17,092 bases of DNA from Paraspadella gotoi (GCA_051294375.1 JBJCIZ010000208.1:1-17092); one strand, 5' to 3'; counted from the first letter of the stretch, positions 1 to 10,575 are shown. Notes: generated by a model from the letters alone, not told the origin. A program made the numbers and translations.

Positions 1-309
1 ATTATATAAAGCTGTAGGTTCGCTTTTAATTTTTTGGGGGGAAACAAAAATTCATCAATGTTAAAATGCGTTTGGCTAAATCGTCTTCTGGTTATCTTGT
101 TGGTCTCTGGGTCGTAATTTGGCCGAAATTTCAACATCCGAGTCCCAAGTTTCCCGATTCGCGACGGAACATCGCGACGACGACGATTAATACGAAGAAG
201 AAAGCGAATATCTGGCTTATTTTTAACGTTTGTATTCGGTTAATTTTTAAATGTGAATTTTTTTTTCATTTTTTGGTATGAAATATTTAAATTTAAAAAA
301 AATATATTT

Positions 310-560
310 TTTTCCTATCCTTTCTTATTTTCCTCTCCCCTTCTCACCTTCTCTCTTCTCCACTTTTCCCCCTTCTTTTTTCCTTTGTTATTTTCTACTT
401 TTTTTTCTATCATAATCTCTCTCTTATTCTTTCTTCCCCTTTCTTTACTCCTCCCGTTTCTTTTTTTATTCTTTCTCACTTTTCCCCTTTTTCTTTCCCT
501 CTTTCTTTTCTCTCCTTTTTTCTCCCTTTTATTTTACCTTTTTCCTTTTTTTCGCCTTTC
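310..560. repeat. Polypyrimidine (C/T-rich) low-complexity tract
   Basis: About 250 bp almost entirely C and T on the + strand; it explains the F/L/S/P-rich ORF 253..567. Confidence 0.9.
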
Positions 561-1152
561 CATATAATAATATATATTCAATTTAGCTAAAAATAAATAA
601 TCTCTCTTATTTTACTTTTTCTCTCTTTTTCTTTCCCTCTTTAAAATTAACAAAGAATCAAATGAAATAAACCGAATGAATGAAAAAAATTAATAAAAAA
701 CCAAATAAAAAAATTATTATAAAAAATTTAAAAATTGATAATAGAAAGAACGAATCTTAAAAAAGACATTAAGACTAACTAAAACTATCCTTCAATAATG
801 ATGATATACTTTTTAATTAACTGAAAAATATATTTATTAATCAATAAATCTTTTGATCAATCGATAAATCAACCAGTCTATTAATAAATTAAAATTCATA
901 TTTATATTTATGGTCAATCACCATTGGTCATGGTTTATGAAAGACTAACAACAGAAAACAAGCGTTCAAGAAATTTACTACTACAAAAATAATGAGGAAG
1001 GGAAGTAGAGAAAGAAAAAAAGAAAGCAAAAGAGAGAAGAGAAAACAAAATATACTAGAATTAGAATTCGATGGTATCCTTTCGTTTTGTTGTGTTATGA
1101 GATTAGCAAAAATATTTGTTTTGTTACAACAACAATTTTATTTGACATAAAA

Positions 1153-1194
1153 AACAGACATGTTTCGACTCTGTTTCGAGTCTTCATAAGCGCA
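1153..1194 (-). ncRNA. Degenerate minimal hammerhead-ribozyme-like motif (Penelope-like element remnant)
   Basis: Minus strand reads GCG-CTTATGA-A-GACTC-gaaaca-GAGTC-GAAAC-AT-GTC-TGT. The CTGATGA box has a G>T change. Stem II GACTC/GAGTC is identical to the 14805-14850 copy but with a different loop, followed by a GAAA box and a GUC triplet. Confidence 0.5.
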
Positions 1195-1233
1195 TTCAGG
1201 AGCCAGAGTTAAAGAGAAAATACCATTAAATAC

Positions 1234-1567
1234 TAGAGTTCCCCAGCCTAAAAAAAACTCCTACTAAGTTCTCACTCGGTCCGGTTTCCCATTATTTCTT
1301 GTCTTAAATTCATTTTAAAAGCCTGTTTGATGCCATGGTTTATTAGCAAAAACCATTTGGCATCAAAGTGAACTAGTACTGATGCAAAAAAATTGGGGAA
1401 AAATGATAATAATTTTTAAAGAAAGAGTTTAATATGCTATAACATAAGGATTTTTCACCATTATTTGTCAAAAAACACCAGTAGCTTATTTTCCTAGTTT
1501 TGTTTTGTTAATTTTAAAAAAATATCTTGTTATAATGGGGCGTGGCCTTAACCGGAAGTAAGGTTTT
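1234..1567 (+). repeat. Left long terminal inverted repeat
   Basis: Blocks AAGTTCTCACTCGGTCCGGTTTCCCATTATTT and ATGGGGCGTGGCCTTAACCGGAAGT match the 3369-3707 arm in inverse; the sequence between them is diverged but collinear. Confidence 0.85.
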
Positions 1568-2689
1568 CAGCATATAAGAGTTTTTATTGTTATAATATTT
1601 TATAAAATTGATTTTAAATGCAACAAAAAGTAACCAATCTATTTCTCTTAGTTATATTTTGATTCTATTTTATTATTCTGATAATCTAACAAATTATTAA
1701 TTATCTTTGGTTTTCGGGCAATGGGCAATGAGTATTGGAAAGCTTTGTCCTTTCTTCTTTCAATCAATTCAAAATTCAAAAAATATTTTTATATTATGAA
1801 TTGGTACAACCAATATAAAAATTATTCATTCATTTAATAAATAAGCTATCTTGCACCTGACTTTGGACATATCAATAATCATATACATTGGGTTGGATCG
1901 ATTTAACATTAGACATTAAAGCAATTGATAACAATATATTTATGCATATTTATTATATCTTTTATTTTTTCTTCAATTACTTCACTTACTACCAAATCTT
2001 ATGCTTATCCAACAATAATCAACGCGAAAGCTTAGCCATGAGGCGGTTTTTCTCACTGTCAAGCCAAAGGAGGCAGCCATCGCAATGACAAAAAGCAATG
2101 ATGGTTCATTGACAAATAATTTCAGCGCCAACTCGGCACAGAAACTCCTGACTCCTCAATATAGTGCCAAGGAAACAAGGTCGCCAGTGGCGAGGCTCGA
2201 CGTCAACGTCTCAAAACAGACCTGAAGTCCAGATGATATAAAATGCTCAGAAAACAAGGTGTTAATTAGAAGTCTGGGAAAAAAACTCATGTTGATTGTT
2301 TTAATATCATCACATGCACTAGTAGAATGCTTAATTAAATACTTATTTTCACTATGGAGTAACAGTGCATAAGAAACAAAATTTTTTGCCATATATTTCG
2401 ACTTAATTTATAAATGACTTAGCTTTGTTTTGATAGTCCTGTATGTACTGAATCAACCTTGTGGAATTCGAAATAAAACTCATATATATAAGTATTAAAC
2501 CTGTTAAACTGCCAATTCTGACGAAAATAATTAATTTAAAAATGTTCAACATTACTTAAATGTATTTCACAGTATTTCATTTGTCTTTCACACACTCTCT
2601 CTCCCTCTCTCTGAGCCCAACTTGTCCCCAATCTTAACTTGTTCTCTCTCTTTTACTGTCCTTTTCTCAATTCTTTGTTGGAAAACCTT

Positions 2690-2731
<42 letters not shown>
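2690..2731 (+). repeat. (CT)n microsatellite
   Basis: About 20 CT units with one interruption. Confidence 0.95.
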
Positions 2732-2733
<2 letters not shown>

Positions 2734-2855
2734 TCACAACTTATTATTTCGCGCTGATAAAGGCGAGAATATTAGCCTAAATATGTACATTTTTCTCCTT
2801 GAAAGTTTGATTTGTAGACATTGTTTTGTTTCTTTCGTTTCGTTGCGTTGGTAGC

Positions 2856-2972
2856 ATTAAAGGAGAACAGTTTGTTTTTATTTTGAACAACGAATTTATT
2901 TAGCAAAGTGTCCATTTTTCATGCTAAATAAATTCGTTGTTCAAAATAAAAACAAAAATATTCTCCTTTAAT
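2856..2972. repeat. Near-perfect inverted repeat / hairpin
   Basis: 2871-2905 is the exact reverse complement of 2922-2956 (35 bp) around a 16-nt loop. The outer pair ATTAAAGGAGAA (2856-2867) / TTCTCCTTTAAT (2961-2972) extends the stem. Confidence 0.95.
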
Positions 2973-3368
2973 CCTTGAAAGTAAAAACAAATTCGTTGTC
3001 TGTCAGCAAAATAAATAATTTCACTTAATTCAAAAAATGTGCATAAAACCACTACAAATGAATGTTACGAACTTAATAACGGCTTTGAAAGGCCATGATG
3101 ATCCCATTAATCTACAAAAACCCTCAACAATATCACTAACTCACCGAAAATAAGCTTGGAAATTAATAGTTGTTAAGTCATAGACAGGATGACTTATCGC
3201 GTTGTTTATTATGGAGAATTCATTAGATTTTGGGAACACATTTTGTAACACTCTTCTTCCAGTTCAATATCATCCCAATACATGCCATCTTATTCCTAAA
3301 AAGCACTAGACATTTGTTTTTGTTGTATTTAAATTTAATTTCGTCGAAATTTGAACACAATTTGACGT

Positions 3369-3707
3369 AAAATCTCACTTCCGGTTAAGGCCACGCCCCA
3401 TAATCATGAGATATTCTTTTAATCTAATATGACAAGCTTAGGAAAATCAGCCAGCTAAGTTCTCTAGCAGTTAATAGTATAAAACTTTTATATTAAAGCA
3501 TGTAAGAACACTTGATTTGATGAAATTCGTTCATTTTTAAACAATTTTTTTGCATCACAACTCATTGACTTTGACGCTCAATTGGGTTTATTAACCAAAA
3601 CCTTTTTTGCTTGTACAGGGTTTCAAAATGAGTCGAAGTCAACAAATAATGGGAAACCGGACCGAGTGAGAACTTTGTATGGAGTTTGATGAGGCTGGGG
3701 AACTCTA
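3369..3707 (-). repeat. Right long terminal inverted repeat
   Basis: Contains ACTTCCGGTTAAGGCCACGCCCCAT (3377-3401), AAATAATGGGAAACCGGACCGAGTGAGAACTT and AGGCTGGGGAACTCTA. Confidence 0.85.
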
Positions 3708-3765
3708 ATAAATACTTTAGTTTGTTTTAAATCTTAATATTTTAAATTTAAAGTAAAATTATAAA

Positions 3766-3853
3766 ATTAACCGATCTTAACGGTTAACCGTTAAAAATAT
3801 TAGTTTTAACGGTTAAGCGAATTTCCTAAAAATTAACGGTTATCGGAACTCTA
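3766..3853 (-). mobile_element. Orphan hAT-like terminus with TAACCG/TAACGG subterminal repeats
   Basis: Ends in GGAACTCTA (3845-3853), the same 9-bp terminus as the 1234-3707 element, preceded by several interleaved TAACCG/CGGTTA/TAACGG motifs. The partner end was not found in the window. Confidence 0.5.
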
Positions 3854-3978
3854 GTCGCCAGTGGCTACATGGTGACAATTTTACAAGCGCCGGTAGAAAT
3901 ACGCTGTCATTTGCAAACCAGTGGTTATTTCATTGATTTTAAAAATAATTGAGTAGAAAGTCATTTATGTATTCAAAT

Positions 3979-4243
3979 TGTCGTCTTTATTACTAACTCC
4001 TGTAATAACTGACGAATCTATTTAGCCTAATATATTAATAAGGATTGAGTATTCACTATAGTTATATAAATAAGGTAAAACAAAAGAAATAAAACGGGAG
4101 AAATTACAAATTGTTACTTGGCCAAAATCACGACTGAAGAATTACAAGCGATCGAAAACCAAAAAGCATTTGTTTACAATTCGGCGAAGGTTATTTGTAA
4201 ACTACAAGACCAGATTTTGTAATAATACTTTAATATTCTGACA
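3979..4243 (-). repeat. 3' LTR (265 bp)
   Basis: TGTCGTCTTT...ATTCTGACA is a direct repeat of 12692-12960, differing by about one substitution and a few 1-2 bp indels; termini TGTC/GACA are inverted. Confidence 0.95.
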
Positions 4244-4253
4244 CCGCCCTCCT
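4244..4253 (-). other. Polypurine tract (PPT)
   Basis: Minus strand AGGAGGGCGG directly abuts the TG of the 3' LTR. Confidence 0.85.
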
Positions 4254-6289
4254 AAAATATAATTAATCAATTAAGTGAATTTATTAATTATTCAAAAGTA
4301 AAACAAAATTGAGGGCCAAGAAACAAATGTAAAACAATAGCAAAAAGGTACACCGTCATACAGGTGTAAGCTATGCGCAAAATAGTTAGGAGTAAAGTAA
4401 AAGGTAAACGCGCTAATAATTGGGATTAAAACAAATCGGATAAATGCGCTAAATAGTCATAGATACTAAAAAAGAGACGCATCATAAGAAAAAACAGTTC
4501 TGCAGAAATTCAAATTAAAATAGAGTATCTATAAACAATCAATCAAAACCAATATTTGGCAACTAAAACGTGAAACTAAAAATAAAACTGTTTACATATT
4601 TCCTTGGCAACCTCGTCCTAACTCTGACGGAAGTACGTAACGCCATTGTCTAGCTTAGAGACTGATTCTAAAATATGTTTTGAATCAACTCAACAGCAAT
4701 TTAATAACTTGAATTTAATTTCAAAACTTTTGCTGCTACATTATTCAAACTTATATTGATGTAAAAATCTGATCAAAAACATTTCTTTATCAAGTCTGCA
4801 ATTACACAAACTATGGGATCCTCGACATGGGCTGGCCAGAGAACCATGGTTTCGCATCCTCATCTCGTTGTCAATCGTATCTTGAAGCTTAAGGAATATT
4901 TAAGTGATTGAGATTGATTGATCAAATTACAATATCAATAAAATATAATAAGTGGTTGATATGGAATGACCGAATTATACTATCAAAGTTTCAAATAAGA
5001 AAAAGTAAACGATAATAATTATGACATACTTGATTTAACAATTAAAACATCGTTGCTAAGATACAATAGTATGATGAATCAGTCCTGCAGTCTGCTGTGG
5101 TGTACACCGATTTCCACCGTATCGGTGATTAAGATTCTTTGACGTGCATGAATCATCACAAATAGGAATGCATTTAATTTTTACTGTGAATTAATAGACA
5201 CTAAGAAATTAATTTTATTAATTAAATTAATTAACTTTGCATTCCCATGATTATTATTTAGTCGTCACATAAAATAACGTTGATCAATCGTCTAAATATG
5301 ACCTTTTTTGTAACTTTGACTTTTGACCTTTGGTCACCAGGGGGTCCATGCCGCCTGTATCAAGATGTGTTCAGTCTCTCACTCGCAATTCAAGCATTTT
5401 TTTTCCCAAAATTTTTAACATGTCACACTCCATCCTGTCCCTCTTTCCAAAAAAATGCATAAAAAAATCTCGTTATTTTATTATTATCATACATACAAAA
5501 TTTTATCTTGAAATGTAACTGAATTACTTATTTATTCCATAATTAAATATAAAAACTTTTTCTTTTCTTTTACAAAAGAACAAGACAACAACAACGCGTG
5601 CAAGGCGTGAAGAGTATATACGACAAAAGCAACGTTGAGGGATGTGCAGCATATAACAAGAAAAGCACAATAAACAGTTGCAAAAACAAATGTTTCATTA
5701 TTTTATCATTTCACCCATTTAAGTATAAAAATATTATTTTTTTTCTTCAAAGAATATTCAATTAATATTATCAAACAGGTTTCGTTATCATTTGAGAAAC
5801 ATTATTCTTAAGTATATATACTAAAAGTTAGATTTATAGAACATCTAGAAGAGGAAAATAATACCCAAGTCTATAAGTCGGTCAGTCAGTCAGTTATATA
5901 CTCGTGCATACAAGTGGCCATCATACATTCACAACTAAATCAGCAGTGGGTAAAATTTCCTCATCTGAAAGTATTTCAATAACTTAGTTTTAAACATGAT
6001 CAATAATTATTATTACTGGGATAAGATGTTCGAAATAAAATGTTGCAGTATCACTTTAACTTAACATATTCTCTCATATCACTTTTAAGAAAATATATCT
6101 TGTTTATTTCTACTTTAAAGAGAGACGAACTTTGTGTTATAGTTAAATAAAATATCATTAACAATCTTTCATTTATACGTGATACCATAGCTGGATCCTG
6201 TACCTAGCCATTTTATTTTGTGTTAATGGAGACGAATTGCAATTCGTAAGTTTCAAACAAATGTAACAGTTCTATCATCAAACTGTGTT

Positions 6290-8760
6290 GGTAGTTGCTA
6301 ACTTGTTTGTGTCGACATACTTGTGGTAGTAAGATAGTAACTTTGTGGCGCCATTTAAGCGCCATTGGCTCACACATTTTGTGAGCTTGTAGCCCGCTAT
6401 CTTGCGGCAAGCTTCCGGTCTGTCATTTAACGATCCTAGAACAAAAGAAATGTCGCTTATTATTCAAGTAAAATGAAAATTGAATTGACGTACAATTTTT
6501 TCTATGATGTAATCACTCACTACCCCTCTTGCAAAAATTTTCATTTTTCTTCAGGCGAGATGTTTAATCACTATCTCACTTTCACTCCCAAAGCACTGAG
6601 AACTTTACAAACAATGTTTTTCTGTCTCACATATTTTCCGTCCACCAATGCACAATCCCAAATACCATGGGATTTGAAGTGTTTAAAGAAAACTTTGGCT
6701 ACTTCCTCGGCACTCCACATGGAAAACAGACAACATTCTCTTGTAAAATGATAACACACTCATGTAACAGGTGCAGGTGCTGCCCGCTCCTGAGGATCAT
6801 GGCAGCGGGCCCAAAGATCATAGGAGAAGATCTGGGGCGGGCCCACAGGAAGCATGCTAGAGGACAACCCTTTAAGGGTTTACTTGATACTTAATACGAA
6901 TGTGACATCGCCTGATTTGATCCTTGATCATTCTATGTATACCAGGCGTATAATATTTATCTGCCATTAATTTAAACGTGGTCTGGGCAGAGCAGTGACC
7001 ATAATTTTCATGAGTTTTCATTGAGATTTCTATTAGGTAGTCCTTATCGACCAGTACAAGTGTGTCTGGTGACCCCTTTTCATTCATAAAAATTCTATAT
7101 AGAACGTTTTGGACGTTGTATTTGAACAATGTTAGGTGTCTTATAATAATAAGATCAGTTGAGTCTAGGCATAGACTTTCATTTTTATCAGGTACTGTAG
7201 AAGGGTCATTAACCCATGTTCTCCATTTTAATATAGAAGGAGAATTTGACTGCAGAAGCTTTATTTTGGCCAGATATGGGTCTTGGAGTACAGGGCGGTG
7301 AATATCTCCGTATTCATCCTTTATCTCCAAGACAGAAATACCGCGGAGTAATTCATCAGAAGAGACAATTAGTGCTCTTTCATTTTCAGTAACATTATTA
7401 GAATCAGAATCAAAATCATTTTCAGAATCAGAATTTACGTTTTCGTTTTCTTCCTTTTTTGTATGGGGACTTCTAGTCCGTAAATAGAAATGTAATAAAT
7501 CGCAGCAGCATGTGCAATGTGCATCATCTGTATTGCCATGTATCGTACATGAGCAAGGGCTGCATTCCATGCGTTTACATACATTGGTTCTTGTCTTGTC
7601 CGACGCCCATTTTTTATCCCAGCGGGAACAGGGGGGTAAGGATCACCCAACATGCGTTCCACATGTTGATCTTGCCCAGTAATGGTGAGTACGTGATTGG
7701 CTTTGTTTCCCAAACAGATTTTCTCTTCAGGGGGAGATGAACTTATTTCTTTATTTTTAAGTTTAGCCAAGGGCCCCTTTTTTCCTCCCTCAAAGTTTAG
7801 GTTCATTGCTCTCCTTTTGTCACTTGAGAAGAGACTTGAGGGTGGAACAATATCACCATGTGAGTTATAAATGACGATGTCGCAAAAGACATTCCCAGCT
7901 ATAGGCGAACTGTCCGGCGCATCATATGAAGGCAACTGACGAGTAAGTTGGTCAGCTGCATTGTTGAGAAAAGATGGGATAAAACGCAGTGATATCAAAA
8001 TCTTGAATATAAGCTATAGCTGTAGCAGCTCGCTCACTCCAAATGTTCATACTAACCCAGTATGAAACTATATGGCTGTCCATACAGACATGTACAAGAC
8101 TGCCGACCAAGTAGTGACGAAAATGTGTCTTCCAACAAGGAGAACAACTCCAATGGGGGCGCATAAGACGTCGGTTTCATCACCCAGTAAAATATCAATA
8201 AGCGATGGTAGGTCTTTTCTTCCTCATCGCCTTATTAGAAGCGGACGGTACTCTTAGCCATCTGACTTAATGGCATGACCGCTTCTCTCAAATTTTACTG
8301 TTAATTCCTACGCAAATTTTCCCAACAATGATTTTAAACCAACTTATATCCAATTGTCTATGGGTGGTATAAGGTCACCCAATGACGTTGTTTTGTGTGA
8401 AGGAATGCGATGGACAGTATGTTTCATCTTTCATCTGGCATCAACAGTCAGTCCAAAATATCCTGTGATAATTCCAAATAAATTTATTTCCAAAATTTTA
8501 TCAGCCTTAAGAGGTCTAAAACCCTTAAGTTCTTTTCAGATCCTCCCATTCAGACTCTGCCAAACCTCTCCTTTACAGGCCACCATTTATCCTCTTACAC
8601 ATCCCTGTTTCTCTCTTTGTTTCTTTCTCACAATCAACAGAGTAATCAAAGTCCAATTCATCGACCTTTGAGCCGTAAGGAATTGTTGAATAGTTGAAAA
8701 CAAGTCCCTCTTAAAGTTTCAGAAACAAAAGGTTGGATCGACAAGTATTTAATACAACCA
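6290..8760 (-). pseudogene. pol: Degenerate Gypsy pol: RT fragment, RNase H, long linker, integrase
   Basis: Motifs read across frameshifts: RT-like FNYSTIPYGSK (~8665-8700); RNase H FGLTVDA (~8438-8458), HFRHYLVG...AYIQDFDI and LRFIPSFLNNAADQLTR (to 7939); integrase zinc finger HENYGH...IRRCHIR (last Cys>Arg); integrase core PQIFSYDL(W/G)PLP and HFTR...SAEEVAKVFFKHFKSHG...VDG...LSALGVK (ORF 6571..6759). Multiple frameshifts and stops; no YxDD. Confidence 0.88.
6872..7998 (-). CDS. Longest near-open pol segment: RNase H C-terminus, Cys/His-rich + acidic linker, integrase H2C2 finger (one frameshift)
   Basis: ORFs 7435..7998 and 6872..7570 join with a single -1 shift, possible at the A6 run (7610-7615), giving ...PAGIKKWASDKTRTNVCKRMECSPCSCTIHG... 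Confidence 0.6.
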
Positions 8761-10506
8761 GCAAAGTGAAACAGATAAAATATAATGTTATATTTGTTGT
8801 ACTATTTCATAATATAATCCTATTTCATATACATATTGGACTAGGATAAAACTAAAGTTAAATAAATATTAATGTTCCAACATTTTATTTTTTTATTAGT
8901 TTATTTTAATATATAGATTATTCATTTCCATACTAATCATATCAAAATAATATTTATATCTAATTAAACATTGAGATGCTTCAATATAATCAAAAGGTTA
9001 CACTTACTTTAATTAGTTCAAGTATAACAGTTAATAAAATTTAAATTGAACAGTCAACTTCAGTTAACTTTTATATAAACTGTATCAAATTTTAAGATAT
9101 AATTGTTTTTAGTTTATTTGTATGTATTAATATAGTCATCTTTACCTTTTACCCATCTTCCAAAAATAACATTTTATCCTAAAATTTGCCAAACCATGTT
9201 ATTCACCAATATACTAATATACTCCATCTTATTTTAAGAATTTGAATAAAACACATTTCACAGTTTCACCCTGTATCCATTAAGGCGGATCAAAATTTAT
9301 TACTTCTTTTCATTAGGAAATAAAATATAAAATTCAATTGTCCAATAGAAACTTAATCAATATTACTACTAATATTACTACAATTGTATAGTTCATTTTT
9401 TTATCTCTTAAAATATTTTAAAACATACTTTAAAATTTCTTAAAACATTTTTTTCCTTTCAAAGCAAACTAGTTATTAAATTAACTAGTTATAAGTTAAC
9501 CACACCTATTACCATAGCATAAATGAATTATATATAAAATGATTTTAAGATATAATAATTTTAAAATCGCATTCTGTTACTAAACCTAACTCACAACTAG
9601 TGAAGCTAAGCTATAAAAATAATTTGTCAAAATTGTCTAACTCAAAACTGTCATTCTTTCAAGTCCATATTACTATTACATATAACCATATTATATCCCT
9701 CAAAATGTAACATCACTTACATACGTTTCACATTACAATACCGGGTGTCAATATTTTAAAAACATTTTTGTGCATTTTAAAACAGCCATACTATTGATAT
9801 ATCCTTATGATATTATCAGTTATCAATGATATGTCAACGAATACGTTAAAGTCATTTAAACTTTAAAGTTCAAAAAATCGTTTCGGGCAATTTGCACCTG
9901 GTCCCAGGGGAAAGGGGTCGGCGTTGCGGCGCCCGCCGTGCTCGTCGCTTTCTCACGATCGGCGAAAAGAAGTCGTCGTCATATTCCTTTCCAGCTGTCA
10001 TTCGGACTGCAGCTGCCGCTGCTGCTTTCGATCCAGAAAGAGAAACGTAACTTTTTCTTTGACCGTTGCTCGTCGGCTGCAGCTGTCGCCAATGCTGCTT
10101 TCCCCCTTCCACGTGAAGAGAGAGAGAGAGAAAAGACGCTGATTCTGCTGCTGCGTTCCATGCACAGCAAATTCGTCGATCCTCGCCGCTGCTGCTGATG
10201 CTGCCGCACCGGTTCCGTTCGTGAGCCTGGGAACCGAATCTTGGTGGTCGGCGGAGCCCGGCTGTTCGTCGGCCGGCTCGGTTGCCGACTTTTTCCCAGA
10301 CGTAGAAGGACGAAGCGTTGCAAGCCCGTGAGAAACTTTCCAACTTGAGATTTAGGAGTCAAAGATGCGCGTGAAGACGACAAATTATCTTTATTATCAT
10401 TTTGTAGAAATTGAGTACTTTGGTTTCTTATTTTATTTTGTAGAATTGAGAGTTGAGAGTCGAAAATCGTTTTTACTCTTTAGCGTCGATAGTGAATAGT
10501 TGATAA

Positions 10507-10575
10507 TTTGAGAATCGAGATTTGAGATTTGAGATTTTAGAATCGAGAATAGGGAACTTATATAGAGATTTGAGA
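10507..10575 (+). repeat. Degenerate 7-bp tandem repeat (TTTGAGA/ATCGAGA)
   Basis: tttgaga atcgaga tttgaga tttgaga ttttaga atcgaga; a related GAGAACT x2.7 lies at 10722-10740. Confidence 0.8.

Larger units (their letters stand above)
1234..3707. mobile_element. Non-autonomous hAT-like DNA transposon with long degenerate TIRs
   Basis: Ends TAGAGTTCCCCAGCCT (1234) and AGGCTGGGGAACTCTA (3707) are exact inverses. Flanks TTAAATAC (1226-1233) and ATAAATAC (3708-3715) form an 8-bp TSD with one mismatch. TAG termini and 8-bp TSDs are typical of hAT. No transposase ORF is seen. Confidence 0.75.

Noticed and set aside
253-567. 104-aa hydrophobic ORF resembling a membrane protein
   Set aside because: It is the translation of a polypyrimidine tract; F/L/S/P bias and lack of stops are compositional.
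2180-2191. 12-bp GTCGCCAGTGGC repeated at 3854-3865
   Set aside because: No extension on either side and no element boundary explains it; possibly chance.
3888-3910. Possible old MITE (GCCGGTA here, TACCGGC at ~13194-13200) split by the Gypsy insertion
   Set aside because: Only a 7-bp exact inverted match with patchy similarity beyond, and no TSD.
6473-8671. Plus-strand ORFs (6473, 6667, 7062, 7510, 8072, 8354)
   Set aside because: They are antisense shadows of the minus-strand pol remnant with no recognisable motifs.
9266-9750. Mariner-like ends CACCCTG|TA (9267-9275) and TA|CCGGGTG (9739-9747)
   Set aside because: They face away from each other, match over only 7-9 bp, and no partners were found.
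9972-9986. YDDD in ORF 9870..10343 as an RT catalytic motif
   Set aside because: No surrounding RT context, and it lies upstream of the motif-B-like fragment, which is the wrong order.
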